A DNA stretch of 64,000 nucleotides. Source: Octopus vulgaris (lineage: Eukaryota). Both the position numbers and the translations under genes were made by a program. Position 1 is the stretch's first letter; each line of letters opens with the position of its first letter. A model generated the notes under the pieces. The model had not been told where the DNA came from. It worked only from the letters and a program-made list of their open reading frames with translations, and searched no databases. Positions 1 through 13,877 of the stretch are shown piece after piece. Location: contig OX597826.1 in assembly GCA_951406725.2 (NCBI GenBank), positions 36,890,001-36,954,000 of the forward strand, in the 5' to 3' direction.

Positions 1-692
1 CATATTCGTAGGCCCTCAGATTCGTCAACTTATAGCTGATGAGTACTTCGAGGAGATAATGAATGAAACTAAGCTAGCGGTCTGGCATGCATTCAAAGAT
101 GTATGCAAAGGACTTCTGGGAAGTCACAAAGTGGCACAGCATGAGAATATAGTGGAGAGCCTCTTCAAGTGCTACCAAGATATCAGATACAATATGTCAC
201 TGAAGATGCACTTCCTTCATTCTTATATGTCCTTCTTCCCAGAGAACGCAGGATATGTGTGATGAACATAGAGGAGGTAGGTTACATTAAGATTATAGAG
301 TCAATGGAAAACAGGAATTAGGGAAAATGGAGCTCAGCTATGCTGGCTGACTTCTGCTGGAGCCTGAGGCGTGACAGACCTGAGATGTCTAACAAACGAC
401 GAAGTAAATACTAAAATGTAGGTTAATAATGATATAATGCTAACAAACATGCCGATTAATGATGTATTTACGAAGTAATTACAATGGAATATTTAGTCTG
501 ATTTTGGGAGCAAAATAAATTTATGGTATCGTGGAAATTGGTATAAATTGAATAGTTATTAAGTTGGTAATTTACAAGAAAATGTGATGTGATGGAAAGT
601 TTTTGCTATAAAATTCGAATTTAGTACATTCAACTTCGTAATAAAATGTAGGTGAGAACTACGGTATTTTCTTGACCCTGAAATCTACTGGT
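1..692 (+). mobile_element. 3' end of a decayed Chapaev3-type (CMC superfamily) DNA transposon; transposase C-terminus pseudogene
   Basis: Translation across stops and frameshifts gives FVGPQIRQL...AFKDVCKGLLGSHK...NMSLKMHFLHSYMSFFPENAGYV*DEH...GKWSSAMLADFCWSLRRD. This matches the recalled Chapaev3 transposase pattern (MSLKxHFLHSH..FPEN.G.VSDEHGERFH..WS..MLADYCW). The right boundary is approximate. Confidence 0.75.
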
Positions 693-912
693 GCACTACG
701 TACAGAATTTTCGGGATTTGGAAAGAAAGTAGCGTCTTAGTTCACGAGATCTAAACAGCTCGTACATAAATGACATCTCCAGCAAAACTGAATTTGTTTG
801 ATGAACTCAAAATGACATACCGCAAGAATGCTAAGAAAGATTTTTGAGATTTCAGGAAAAACTTGTCACCAATCCTCAATATAAAATATATGATAAATTA
901 GCATAAAATAGC

Positions 913-949
913 CTACTACTACTACAACTACTACTACTACTACTACTAC

Positions 950-1045
<96 letters not shown>

Positions 1046-1060
1046 TAATAATAATAATAA

Positions 1061-1130
<70 letters not shown>
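913..1130 (+). repeat. (ACT)n then (AAT)n microsatellite
   Basis: Direct inspection; source of the poly-I, poly-L and poly-Y ORFs. Confidence 0.97.
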
Positions 1131-1133
<3 letters not shown>

Positions 1134-1408
1134 TGGAATGTGGAATCTGAAAACAGAAACAATTCCTATCATAGTAGGTGCATTAGGCATAATAAAAAAA
1201 TATTCAGACAAATACATAACAAAAACACCAGGACTTACAAACACATATAACATACAGAAAATTGCACTACTAGGCACTGCACACATCCTACGCAGAACAC
1301 TTTCCATACAATAACCATCAGAGCATCACAACAAATCACAGCACATACCCAAAGCACACAGAGCTGCGCTCGGTAGTGAAGTGAAAGCACGCTATAAAAA
1401 TAAAACTA

Positions 1409-1411
<3 letters not shown>
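1131..1411 (+). mobile_element. R4/Dong-type RLE non-LTR retrotransposon, 5'-truncated 3' end (family D1)
   Basis: Encodes MWNLKTETIPIIVGALGIIKKYSDKYITKTPGLTNTYNIQKIALLGTAHILRRTLSIQ* plus 3' UTR. Near-identical to the ends of the copies at 48145-49860 and 49965-51150. (TAA)n on both sides. Confidence 0.9.
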
Positions 1412-1506
<95 letters not shown>

Positions 1507-1507
<1 letters not shown>

Positions 1508-1683
1508 CTTGAGTACTTTGATGTTGAATGCCTTCCACAATAATTAACAACCAAGTATCAAAGCTTATAATGCGCTGAAAGAGACTCTGTGAGACCTCTG
1601 ACAACAAACTGCTGTCCTCTCTCTCTGTGAATCAACCAGAGCAAACAAGACCGAGAGCTCTGAGAAGTCAAACAATAATAATC
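1507..1683 (+). mobile_element. 3' UTR of a second RLE retrotransposon family (D3) within the TAA array
   Basis: Aligns with 29985-30150 (ttaacaaccaagtatcaa.gcttataatg...gtgagac.tctgac...gctgtcctctctc...ccagagcaaacaag.ccgag). There the sequence follows an ...ALLGT..RILRLVLGC* ORF end. Ends in (AAT)n. Confidence 0.7.
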
Positions 1684-2054
1684 TTCATTATTAAAACAAC
1701 CAGAGGAGCAACCCTTTTGATCGTGAATTGTGGAGAGAATGTGATGTTCATTAGAAGTAAATTTAATCACTTTTCATTAAAATCAGGCACAATTATGAAA
1801 GTGAAGATTAATTAAATACAACGATCACATACATACACGTAGATATAGAATAAAAAGCTGAAAAACATGAATTTTCTATACAAATGACATGTATTCTACA
1901 GCAGTTTCAATGAAGTTGAAATACTCTCATTTATATAATTACATAATTAAAATAAAAATCTCTTGTTTAACCATTAACTTGCTCATTTCGTGAGAAGGAA
2001 AAGAGGGAAAGGTGTGGCCATATATAATTAATATATATATATACATACATAATA

Positions 2055-2365
2055 CATAAACTTAAACTTAGATAAACTTATATATGTTTCGACCAAAGAT
2101 TGGTCCAGGCCGTGTCTAACTTAATAGCACCACCTGATAGGATTATTCGAATCCTGTTTAAGTCAAGTTTTGTTTATGGTCCATTCAAGTAGTAAGTTTT
2201 TGTTGGGTGAGTTGTATCCAATTATGGGTGGCTTTTCTGGTATTCTTTGAAGGAATCTATCCAGACTCCGTTTAAAGTTGATGGGATCCTGTTCCTCTTT
2301 GATCTCTTTCGGGACAATGTTAAATAGGGCAGGGCCTGTTGAGGAAAAGAAATTATGTTGCAGTG
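2055..2365 (-). mobile_element. CR1/L2-like LINE 3' fragment
   Basis: ORF end LQHNFFSSTGPALFNIVPKEIKEEQDPINFKRSLDRFLQRIPEKP matches the F...(W/F)NxLP...FKxxLDxFL C-terminus typical of CR1/L2-group ORF2. Short 3' UTR ends in aagttt repeats. Confidence 0.65.
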
Positions 2366-2746
2366 TACATATATACATATATATATATATATATATATTC
2401 ACCCAACACTTTTAAACTAAACACTACTTTTAAGCACATGCATCCTAATCCTCCAAATAAATTTTTCCACGGACTATTATTGAACTCTAAAAGCATAAAG
2501 AATCTACAATGTATTGGTATACATATTTATTAATTTTTGTATATATGCATTATTATTTTTTTGAACAAACATTGTAGATTTCTTTTTTCCCCTTCCTCAA
2601 TTTTAAAAAAATTCCTTTTCCCCTTCCAAATCTTGCAATGAAAATCGGTTTGATTTATTATTATTTCTTTTTTAATCTTCCATACCCCCATTTTTATTAA
2701 AATTTACTTTCAATTTAGCATTCTGCCTCATTATAATTTTCCCTCT

Positions 2747-2829
<83 letters not shown>

Positions 2830-2851
2830 ATAATATTAATAATAACAATAA

Positions 2852-3443
2852 TTGCCCTGATGCAGAACAGGCAGTGGCTTTGTCTTGATGCAGTACCAGG
2901 CAGTGACTCTCGTGGCGTCTGATCTTAACTGATTGGAAGTGTTACAAAGTACATTGTTTTGTCTTGGTATAAAAGATGGGCTACAGCAAATATTCTGCTC
3001 AATACTGCTAATTTGCTTGTCAGTTGTTTGACCTTAACCAGTTGAGCATGTCCCTTAGTGGCTGACGATATGCGCATCTCTGATCACGAGCAGAAGTAGT
3101 GGGCGAGCATTATAGTCATGTATTGAGAAGAATTCTTTGGGGTTTGAATTATTCAACTCTGCAAACATGGTTTTTTCGTTCAACATCCTTAAACAACCCT
3201 TATTCAGGGACCTTTTGAGCGGGATGTGTTACTCGACCAGAAGAAAATTCTAACTGGGCCCCACCTGCAAGGTCATGTGCTGTTTATCTTGATATAAGAT
3301 CATCATATCGCGCACATATGGTTGTGATGCATGTGCTTAGTGTACCTTATCAGACGGGTAGTCATGATGTGTATACTGGGCTTCGTATATTTTACCCCAG
3401 TGTCAATTTGATGGCATGCGGTGCTCTTTCACTCAATAATAAT
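2852..3443 (+). mobile_element. Non-coding interspersed repeat with (AAT)n tail, probably a retroelement 3' UTR
   Basis: Higher-complexity block between TAA-rich flanks, ending ...ctttcactc(aat)3. Has a short tandem duplication (tgatgcag..caggcagtg) at its 5' junction. Family not identifiable from the sequence alone. Confidence 0.5.
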
Positions 3444-3499
3444 ATATATGCATATCAACAACTGGGTATTTTTGTTTGTATGTATATATGTATGTATAT

Positions 3500-3915
3500 G
3501 TGCTGATTGGTATGTTTTGTATTATGTATATATTCTCATGCGTATAGTTGCATATCTAGACATGTTTATGTGTACTTAAATGTTAAATTTCTGGAACGTT
3601 TTACATATGTTCACAGTTTCAGTGATGGATTGGATCTGTAGTCTTGGAATCAGCCTTCTCCTTCCTCAATTTGAGAAGCATAATTTCTCTGATTGGTATT
3701 TAGGCATTGTGGTACATATCCAAGGGCACCAATAATTACAGGTGTGAATCTGAACTTGTAATCTGGATAGAGTAACTGTAGATTTCTCAGTAGTTCAGCG
3801 TAGGTATTCTCTTTTTCACTGATATTCAGCATTATGTTAACATCCGTTGGGCAGCAAATTTCCACAATACTACTAGACAGTTTCCCTTCTCTATCACAAA
3901 TCCTTATATCGTTCT
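3500..3915 (-). mobile_element. RLE-type (R2/R4-like) non-LTR retrotransposon 3' fragment in (TACA)n
   Basis: Minus strand reads DIRICDREGKLSSSIVEICCPTDVNIMLNISEKENTYAELLRNLQLLYPDYKFRFTPVIIGALGYVP, then after a frameshift LIPRLQIQSITETVNICKTFQKFNI*. This fits a PD-(D/E)xK endonuclease with KxxxY and IIGALG motifs. Confidence 0.75.
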
Positions 3916-3957
3916 ATGTATATATGTATGTATGTATGTACGTATGTACTTATGTAC

Positions 3958-3988
<31 letters not shown>

Positions 3989-4751
3989 TGTATGTATGTA
4001 TGTATGTATGTATGTATATGTATGTATGCATGAATATTTGTATGTATATGGTCAAAGAATCGCTCTGAACTGTGACGTGTAATAGCATTGAGATATTAAA
4101 CTGAGGAAACTCCTGGCGTTTACCAACATTCTCTAACATTCATCTGATGCAATTTCACAACACAAAACAATGGTTAGTTAAAAAGTATAATTCATTTTAA
4201 GACGTTGATGAAGAATTGTAATTTTGAAGGAGTAGAATATAATTTTGACAAGTTAAATACATCACGACCAGAATTTAATGAGTTCAAACATAAATGAATT
4301 ATGGACTACAGTCGATTGGTAATGAGGTAAGAAGTTACGTGTGTTGACGTTTATTAATTTGATTTTGCAATTTCAAAATACAGAAACAAATAAATTAAAT
4401 GAAACTTTACTAAATGAAACAACTTCACGGGGCCAAAAATATATAAAGGTGTAAATATTTGTAATAAAGAAAAAATCATCTATGCTGCAGCTGTTGAATA
4501 ACGCTAACTAAAATATGAGCACACTATATTACATCTTCTACACAAACAAGCACATCCATGTGTCATATATTACACATATATGTCATATAGACACACACGC
4601 ATACATATATATATATATATAAATATATATATGTATATGTATGTGTATATATATATATTTATATATACATATAGCATATATATATATATATGTGTGTGTA
4701 TGTGTGTGTGTGTGTATCTATATTTATATACATATACACACACACACACAC

Positions 4752-4816
<65 letters not shown>

Positions 4817-4834
4817 GCACACACAAACACTCAG

Positions 4835-4863
4835 AGAAGCTGAGAATCCCGTCGTTGCCGGGA
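4835..4863 (-). mobile_element. Possible Helitron 3' terminus remnant
   Basis: Minus strand cccg-gcaacga-cggg hairpin followed about 8 nt later by a degenerate CTAG (gcttct); this is the Helitron 3'-end layout. Confidence 0.35.
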
Positions 4864-6394
4864 ACTTTCTACAATAGAATGTCTTGACAGACTTTCAGAA
4901 TAGCACACCCATATATATATATATATATATATATACAAACATACATACATACATACTTACATACATGCATACATGCATACATACATACATACATACATAC
5001 ATACATACATACATACATACATACATACATACATACATACATACATAGTAAACCCAAGAAAAGATCAAACACAAGAAACACAACAGTGCGAGGATGTGGT
5101 ACATGTAAAGTATTAGCAAACGCTCATGAAAGGAAAGAAAGAGGGTTTAATTTCTGTCGACTCCCTCAGCCCTACCCCTAACAGATATTGATCTTTGTTC
5201 TCTCAGCTTTAGATATACAAGGATTTGATAAACTAGTCTATAAATTGAAACTAATCCCAACAGAAGATCAGTGACAGGCAGATTCTGTAGCAATGCATTT
5301 CTCCTTGATAACTTAGTAACCTCTATGCTGGAGTGAAACCAGCATGTTCTTTGTCTATCTCCTTAACTTCTTGGAGATTTTAGGTATAATTATACTAATG
5401 TGTCCATCTGTTCTAATTTAATTAAAGTCTGTTTCTTGGTGCAGCCGAGGATTGCTCTGCATTTTAAATCGATGTAATTATTGCATTGTTCAATTAAATG
5501 GAGTTACATGAAGCGATCGTACTGCATTACCTCTGGATATCCTTGTTGCTTATTTTGATTTTGTGTTTGCATATATATATGTATATGTGTGTGTGTGCCT
5601 GTGGGCGCACCCGCGCATCTATATGCATGCGTGTACCTTCATGTATGTGTATGTATGTTATATTTAATGTTATATATTCGTTATTGTGTATATCGATGTC
5701 CATTGCTCCGATCCAAAGCACCAACAAACATCCGAATCATGATCTCTCATTGCTTAACTATCTCTTATAACTAAAATTGAAACCACATTTCCACGCACAG
5801 TTTGCAAGTATTCAAACTGTAAATCTCGCCTCCAGGTGGGCAACCATCTCATCCAGTCAATTAATAGCAACTCAATATCTACGATGAGAACTAAAACGGC
5901 TGCCATTCACATAATTTTGACAACATTATTGTTTTCGTCTAAATATCGCTTTGAAGGTGATTGACTTTGTAAAATAAATTGCCCATTTAATAAATATCAT
6001 ACCAAATTCGAACTATTTCATTTGAATTTCAGTTACATCATAATGCGTCTACATAATCTTACACTCATTTAAAATATATCTAAAGTAATGATTTTGACTT
6101 TCAATATTGCTGAGCATGAATGAATTACTTGTGCGTATAATACCTGGCGTAAGATTTAAACATCATTGTGATTCTCCATCAATGACATTGGATTGTTTGT
6201 TATCGAAGACCCTAAATGTATTTACGAGGTTTCGAGTGAGTCTCAAATGATGCCTCTAAGTTTCAAATAAATACTGGCAAGAGTATTTTCGCTGAAATAC
6301 CATTGTCCGGATAGAAAAGTGTTTACAGAAGTGTTACAGCTGGATTTCTATTTCATAATATATGCATGTATATACACACAAACACACACATATG

Positions 6395-6448
<54 letters not shown>

Positions 6449-6511
6449 GTATATATATATGTGATATATATATATATATGTGATATATATATATATATAT
6501 GTGATATTATG

Positions 6512-6549
<38 letters not shown>

Positions 6550-7694
6550 TAAATACATACATACATTACACACGTACATAGACGTATACATATGTGTACA
6601 TATATAAACAATTAAATTGAATAAATTCATGAGTTTATGTTTACGTATGTATATGCATAGATATATATGTGTGTGCACACACAAACACGCACGCTCGCGA
6701 ACATGCACACACACACATATATATATATACACACACAAAGATATACATAATGTGTGTATTCATATACGCATATTTAAGTGTGTGTGCAAATAGCATACAG
6801 ATATAATACATACATATACAAATATATACACATGCATATATACATATATATATATATACATATTTATGCATATATATATATATCTACAAATATACATATA
6901 TATATATACACATATATATTCATATATATTATGTATATATATATGTGTGTATATATATATATGCGTGTGTGTGTGTGTGTATATTCATATCTGTATATGT
7001 TCTTGGATGTACGTATACGAGTAAGTTGTTTTTTTTAACAAATTTATATATCAGTATTGATGTGTCCCTGCGCTTTAATATTTCAAATTCTCTCTGTGAT
7101 ATTACGAACAATAGGCTTGCAAAATTTTCCACACATGACTATGTATGACAATGTTATTGTGCAACAAACTTCTTAAATAGATACTCAATTGTTAAAATGC
7201 CTTTGAACATATTGCTCCTAGCAACACATTCCATTTTGCACCCTGTATTGTTGTACTTATTGTTGCCATATCTATAGACTTCTGCTAGATTTTACTTCTT
7301 TACAGAAAATGTTTCAAACATTTCTCTTGTTGCTGCTTTCAATGGTCTCTGATTTCCTGTTCTATGTTTCACAATGTTGACATTCTGATATTTGTCTCCA
7401 AAGGCTATTGATGTTCATCTTAATTCATGGATATTTCTTTCCTTAATTTTGTTTGTATATTGTTGTTGGAGGTTCTTTTTGTTGTGGCTTTTTGTTATAT
7501 TTATATATTTACACAGCACTAAGAAAAATGATAAATCATTAACCAAGTAAGTCTTCCTTCAAATATGGTATACATAGACACAGACCCGCATAGACACAGA
7601 CACACACACCTACGCAAGTATGTGTGTATGTATGAGATATATTATAAATGTGTGTGTCTACGCGTATGCATCTGTGTTTTTGTGTGTATTGACC

Positions 7695-7767
<73 letters not shown>

Positions 7768-9516
7768 AGTGTGTGTGTATTGACCGTATATATGCAATCA
7801 AGATATACATTTTTGCTTATATTTATGCATCTGAAAGACCAGAATATGCCACGGTGAACGGGAAAACGTGGGCCTCTCCCCTCCATAGGAATTACATCTA
7901 TCTCTTGCGGGGTAACGGTATACCTTTTTCATACCAATAAGCGGTGATAATTTAAATTCAAAATATTAATATAAATTTTTACTGAATAATATAACATTAT
8001 TACTCCTTATCAGATCTCTCTATTTCAATACTCTCAAAAGATATCAAAGTTTCATTGAAAAGGTGTTGAACACTCTTTGTCATACCAAAGGCTAAATACT
8101 TGGGTTTTAGGAGGTTGAAAGTCTTTAAGGAATTAGTTAAAATCATAGCTTAAAATCGCAGTTACACTTTCTCCCATATCCGGATATTGGTAATTTGTCA
8201 CGTAGTTTTGGAGGAATTTACACAAATGCCGTTGCATTGATAGCGGTACTGAAGATAATGGAATCTGAGATTTCTCAGACGTTCTCAATAACCATCACTT
8301 ATCATGACAAATCATTGTTCTCTGAGATAAATTTCTTCTCAGGGAATTTTGTTTCTTAAAGAGGAATCCCTATGGGGATGCCATACTCCAAGCGTGACCA
8401 TGCAAAAGTAGAAGACAAGAAGATAGCATCTGAATATCTGCACCAGAGAGGTTTGAGAGTCCAGAAACTGTGTAATCCAAGCCTTCCAGAGTCTGTTCAA
8501 CTCACTTAACTAAAGGCTGCTCAACGATGACGTTTATGATTGTTCGAGCATATCGTCTTTGGCAATGAGGACGTATCCAGATTCTTCTTGTTCAATGGCA
8601 TATCACTCTTTTCATATAAGACCGCCTCAGTTTTATCCAGTCAGAGGATTTGCTGGCAGTCCTCGGATTCTTAGATTTTTTCACGAATATATTTATCGTG
8701 TTCTTTGGTTGATGTAAAGATGAAAATGAGTGCGCCAAATATATTACCTTAGGAAAACCACTGGTGATATTTACAAGGCTTCATTAAATTTCATCGATGA
8801 TATATTGTAGAGTTTCGAATACTAAGCAACAGTTAATCAAGGGCAGGATTACTAGATGGAATACCATGTTGGATGGATTCAGCAATTCAGATTTTAGCAT
8901 ATGACTCTTCGTGTTCCTCCATTGTGCGGGTTATAGAAATATGGAAGTTGACGTGATTCTTTGAACTGTTTTCGGCACATCGAAGTCATTGTTTAATGGC
9001 AGCACTGGTAGTAGTCTGCGCAGGAAGATGTCGGCAGGCATCGATACGTTTGGCTGAATTTATTTTGCTATTATTAAAGTTTGTCTTCTTTGTTTCTGTT
9101 TCATGCACTGCAAAACATCAGTCGGTTCTTCAAAAGTTCAACGATTGCAATATTATTGTACAATTCTTCGCTTTTTCCTAAAGAAATATTGTTATATGTG
9201 ACCCGAAAGTAATTTTCACATTGCACCGTAGTTGATTCAGAGAGACAGAAAGAGTGAGATAGAAAGCGAAGAGAAAAAGATACTTGGCCCCAGTATTTAA
9301 TTCCATTTCTGTTATCAATCCTTGGGCTGATAAGAGATGGAGTTGATTTTGGGTTTGAACTCAGAACACAGACAGTAGATATGAATGTGTTATGGCTGAC
9401 AATTTAACGACTTCTCCCAACGCGCTGCTTATTATATTTAATTTGCCTAGAAATAGACTTCATTCTTGTATGGCTCATATTCAGCTATGGATATTGTAGT
9501 TATTTAACCGGATAAA

Positions 9517-9750
9517 GGCGCTGAGCTGGCAGAAGCGTTAGCACGCCGGGCGAAATGCTAAGCAGTATTTCGTCTGTCGCTACGTTCTGAGTTCAAATTC
9601 CGCCGAGGTCGACTTTGCCTTTCATCCTTTCGAGGTCGATTAAATAAGTACCAGTTAAACACTCGGGTCGATATAGTCGACTTAATCCGTTTGTCTGTCT
9701 TTGTTTGTCCTCCCTGTGTTTAGCCCCTTGTGGGTAGTAAAGAAATAGGT
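9517..9750 (+). mobile_element. tRNA-headed SINE family A, full length
   Basis: A-box-like TGGCAGAAGCGTT, B-box GAGTTCAAATTCC, central gtcgactttgcctttcatcctttcg.ggtcga block and tail ...tagccccttgtgggtagtaaagaaatagg. Homologous to 61626-62031 and several fragments. Confidence 0.85.
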
Positions 9751-11898
9751 TTTGGTTGTTGTTATTATTTCCACTGCATGTCCTCTTGTTTCTTGGCTTG
9801 TGAGCTCTCCGACCATTATTACTATACAAGGAAAACATTGAAATCATGAGTTTTCATTGTATTAGCATCGTGAGTGGATTTTGTGTAAATGTGTTTGATG
9901 GGGTAAAATTGCTACATTCTCTGTTACAGTAGTTAGTGATATGTGCTAGATTTATTAAATGTGTGCTTAATACCTATGAGGTGGGTCTACGTGCAATATT
10001 TTTAAAAGTGATTATCTCATATTAGTGATATCGGATTTCGAGCTTTATTTTATTCGTATGGTTTGTGTATGGTACAATATTTTAGCTGAAAATATTTTTA
10101 GAGTAAATGAAAAAGGTATTTCAACCATAACATTTGAATATCACCCCAGTATAATTAAATAAAATATCTTTGTTAAACATGGATGTAATGTACGTAATAT
10201 TGAACGCAGAGAATTTTTGTTAATATTTCCTAATTTTGAAAGTATAGAAATTTGAAAACATATTGTTTAAAACAAGCATTCAAATTACGGAGAATAATTT
10301 AATATTTACAGTTGCTCAGTTGTTGGAGAAACTGTTCTTTAATGGATTATATCATTGCTAATATAAATAAAGTTGAAATGAGTTGCATCTATGCATTAAG
10401 TAGGATGGATAGAATATTTAATTTTTTTAAATTTATTTGATAATCTATATAATGTTGAGGACATTGTTGATTATCAAAAACAATTATTGATATGTAACCT
10501 GGGTTCAGATTATGTAAGAGAGCCGTTGTATCCCTACATAATTAACGTAATTGATACTGGGGAATATGCAGCACATTATCAAAGTTATAAAACAAAACAA
10601 CCGGAGTTTTGAAGGTTTTGACGTAAATAAAACTGAATCCTATTTCTGCATCACATGACGACATATAATTTACCCTAGTCAGACAACAACGTTACTCTAC
10701 CATATTTATAGCATAATGCACATAAAAATCAACGCAATAGGTTTTAATTTAACATTCCAACAAAACTATCAGCATTACAAAGGGAAAGTATGTAATGACA
10801 AGGGCTTGATAAAATATTTCTATAAGAGAGAAAAGCATCAAGTACTGTGGAATATATCGATTCCATAGGAACAATTGCAAAAGAAAATATAAATTTTAGC
10901 ATCAAATGTTTCTAATATACTAAATCATTTGAAATAAAATCCAGGCCAAAAATCTCGAAATCTGCAACAATGTTATGCCATTCATTCTAAAAATTTCAAC
11001 AATGGTTTCTAATATCTACTACTATACAAAAACAATTCACGAATTCTATTGTAAAAGAAGAGCAAAAAGGATCAAAAATTATTGTAGAAACAGTGTAATG
11101 AAGAAGAAAAATTTGAAAGAAAACATCACAGAAACAAAACAGTAGATAGTTTGATCATGAAAGCCAAATATACATTCTCAATAACAATTAAAAATTCTAT
11201 TCATTATTTCAAAGAATAATGAAATAAAATTTAACAATTCTATTTATTATTAGATATTTTAATGAATATGTGTCAATAATTTGGCCTATGAGCTATTGCA
11301 GGTTTTCTGATTTTGTGTGAAGAACTAATGTATATGTGTATATATATATGTATGTGTGTGTATATATGTATGCATGTATGTATGAAAGCAAAGCTAGGCA
11401 TAACGAGCAGAAGCAGTGTTAACAACGCAACAATAAGCATACCAACAACAACAATGAGACAAAGGACAAAACTTCTGCTATTGATTGTGGATTTTGCATT
11501 TTAATTATATTGAAACAAAGAGCAGAATACAATTTTTTTTAATAAACTTGCAATAAATATAGTATGAATCTATCACTCTTTCGCTTTCTCTCTTATTTTT
11601 GTGAAAGTATATAAATATATGTGTGTGTGTGTGTGTTTATGTAAACACATATATACATAATTGTATATGTTTATATAAATATGTAAATACATATACATGT
11701 ATATGTGTGTATATACATGTAATTATGTACATGCATGTATATGTGCGAGTATGTGTGCATTTATGTTGTTTCGCGCACATGTGTATAATTGCTTGATTAC
11801 ATCTATGTACATGCTTACAAAGGATTAATTATAGACATATGCATGTATACGCGAAAATACATACTATATATTTATATATGTATATATGTGTGAGTATG

Positions 11899-11943
<45 letters not shown>

Positions 11944-12265
11944 GTATATATAGTCCTGTGGACAACTATAAATATATGTATGTGTGCGTGTGTGTGAGAG
12001 TGTATACAGATCTCTCTCTCTCTCTCTCCTTCTTTTTTCTCTCTCTTTCTCCATATAACTTAACAATGCAATGGAATTAGATGGCTGCAAGTAAAATACA
12101 GTACATTGTATTCTTTTCTGAATACGTCAATGTGAGGTTTGAATGAGTAAACCATATTACAACAGGATGTTTTCAGCTTGCCATGGACCTTCCAAAGTAT
12201 GTTGACTTCTATATATATATATATAGATATCCACACACACACATATATATATATGTATGTGTATA

Positions 12266-12346
<81 letters not shown>

Positions 12347-13831
12347 TATATATTTATATGTGTACTCGCTGCTCAAAATTTCAGACGTAAGATAATATGG
12401 TACTTAGCATCTTCCAGCCACAATAAAATTATGTTCAACTGTTCCAGTGACGTCAAGGATCATTGTCAGGATATTCTATTTGCATTGAATTCATTTCATT
12501 TTGACATATTGTATGAAAATAAACTGGCTCGTCTTTGCTGCGGCCCTCAGTTTCTTGTTAGAGCATAGGCTGTAACCGTAGTTGTGTGTAAGACATCAGT
12601 TTGTCTGTTGCAGTTGTGTACAATGATTGTGCTAATGATATGTCCATTCCTTGACATTGCTTGCTACTCTTTTCTTCTGTTCAAGACATCATTTTTCTTC
12701 TTCCTGTTGCAGTTATTTGCAGAATGGTTTTTTTTTGCAAGGCTAATAATTACATATACATATTTATCCCCCCATATATATATATATATATGCATATATA
12801 TACATATATATATGTGTGTATATATATACATATATATATATATTGTAGGCCAACTAAGAAACTCGATTTATAACTTACATCTCTCTACATATATGATTAA
12901 GTATTCTCATCGTTTACGCCAGGATCAGTTTCGATGGATCAGAATTTCAGTCAAATACATTAGAACTGCCTCCGTCGCGTCTTTTTACAGGATTTTATCC
13001 CAGGTAATATTAACCAATATACTGAATTATCAAAACGAAAAATGGGTGTAATTAGCGAGAAATTTGGCCACTAATTACCAAGAAACTCCTTACAAGCTGT
13101 TGATATAGTTGCAGCTGCTTTTACTGTCTAGTATATTGGCTGGGCCGAATCGAGAACTGCTATGAAAATAATTCTTGTAGAGACCATCTTTGAAACACAA
13201 TCAAATATGTGCTCTATGATTTTGGATAATGCATTTTGTAAGAGATATAGGTCCTTTTATTGGTTGGCCCCAAGAGAGAATTCTTTTCATATTTCGTACA
13301 AGTCAGTTTTCGAAGTGTGTCTTTTCAATGGAAATCAAATAATATAAGAGAAACTCTTTGTCACAGTGTGCACGAAGAAACTGTGTATATGCTCTCTCAT
13401 TACCAAAAGGTTGCTTTATTAATCTGTAAACGTTTTGATTTCTTTCGAAGATTTACACATCCAACAATATGCAATCACCTTGGAATGATGTTAAAGTTAT
13501 TGCCAAAGATCTTCATTATAGCATGATTTTCTATTCTTATATCTCCTCGAAGCAAGTCTTGTAAGAATATCCCGATGCTGCATATTCAAGACATGTTTAA
13601 ACCAATAAAAACGTATCTGCTAAAAGACTGTTTTCATGCTTAGAACTGAATCGTAGAAACAGTAGCTTGGTTAGTAAAGTTGCTTTATAAGTATAAAATT
13701 CCAGGTTCAATCACACTGGGACGATTTAAGCAAGTTACTTCTATCGTTGACTTGATTTGGAAACAAACTTCAGACATGAGAATATAGTCGGGAAGTTTTC
13801 AAAACACTTTCTAAACAAAGAACTGGCACAT

Positions 13832-13877
<46 letters not shown>

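Noticed and set aside
8825-8885. hAT-like TRWN motif (QLIKGRITRWNTMLD)
   Set aside because: A single short motif with no supporting ORF; may be chance.
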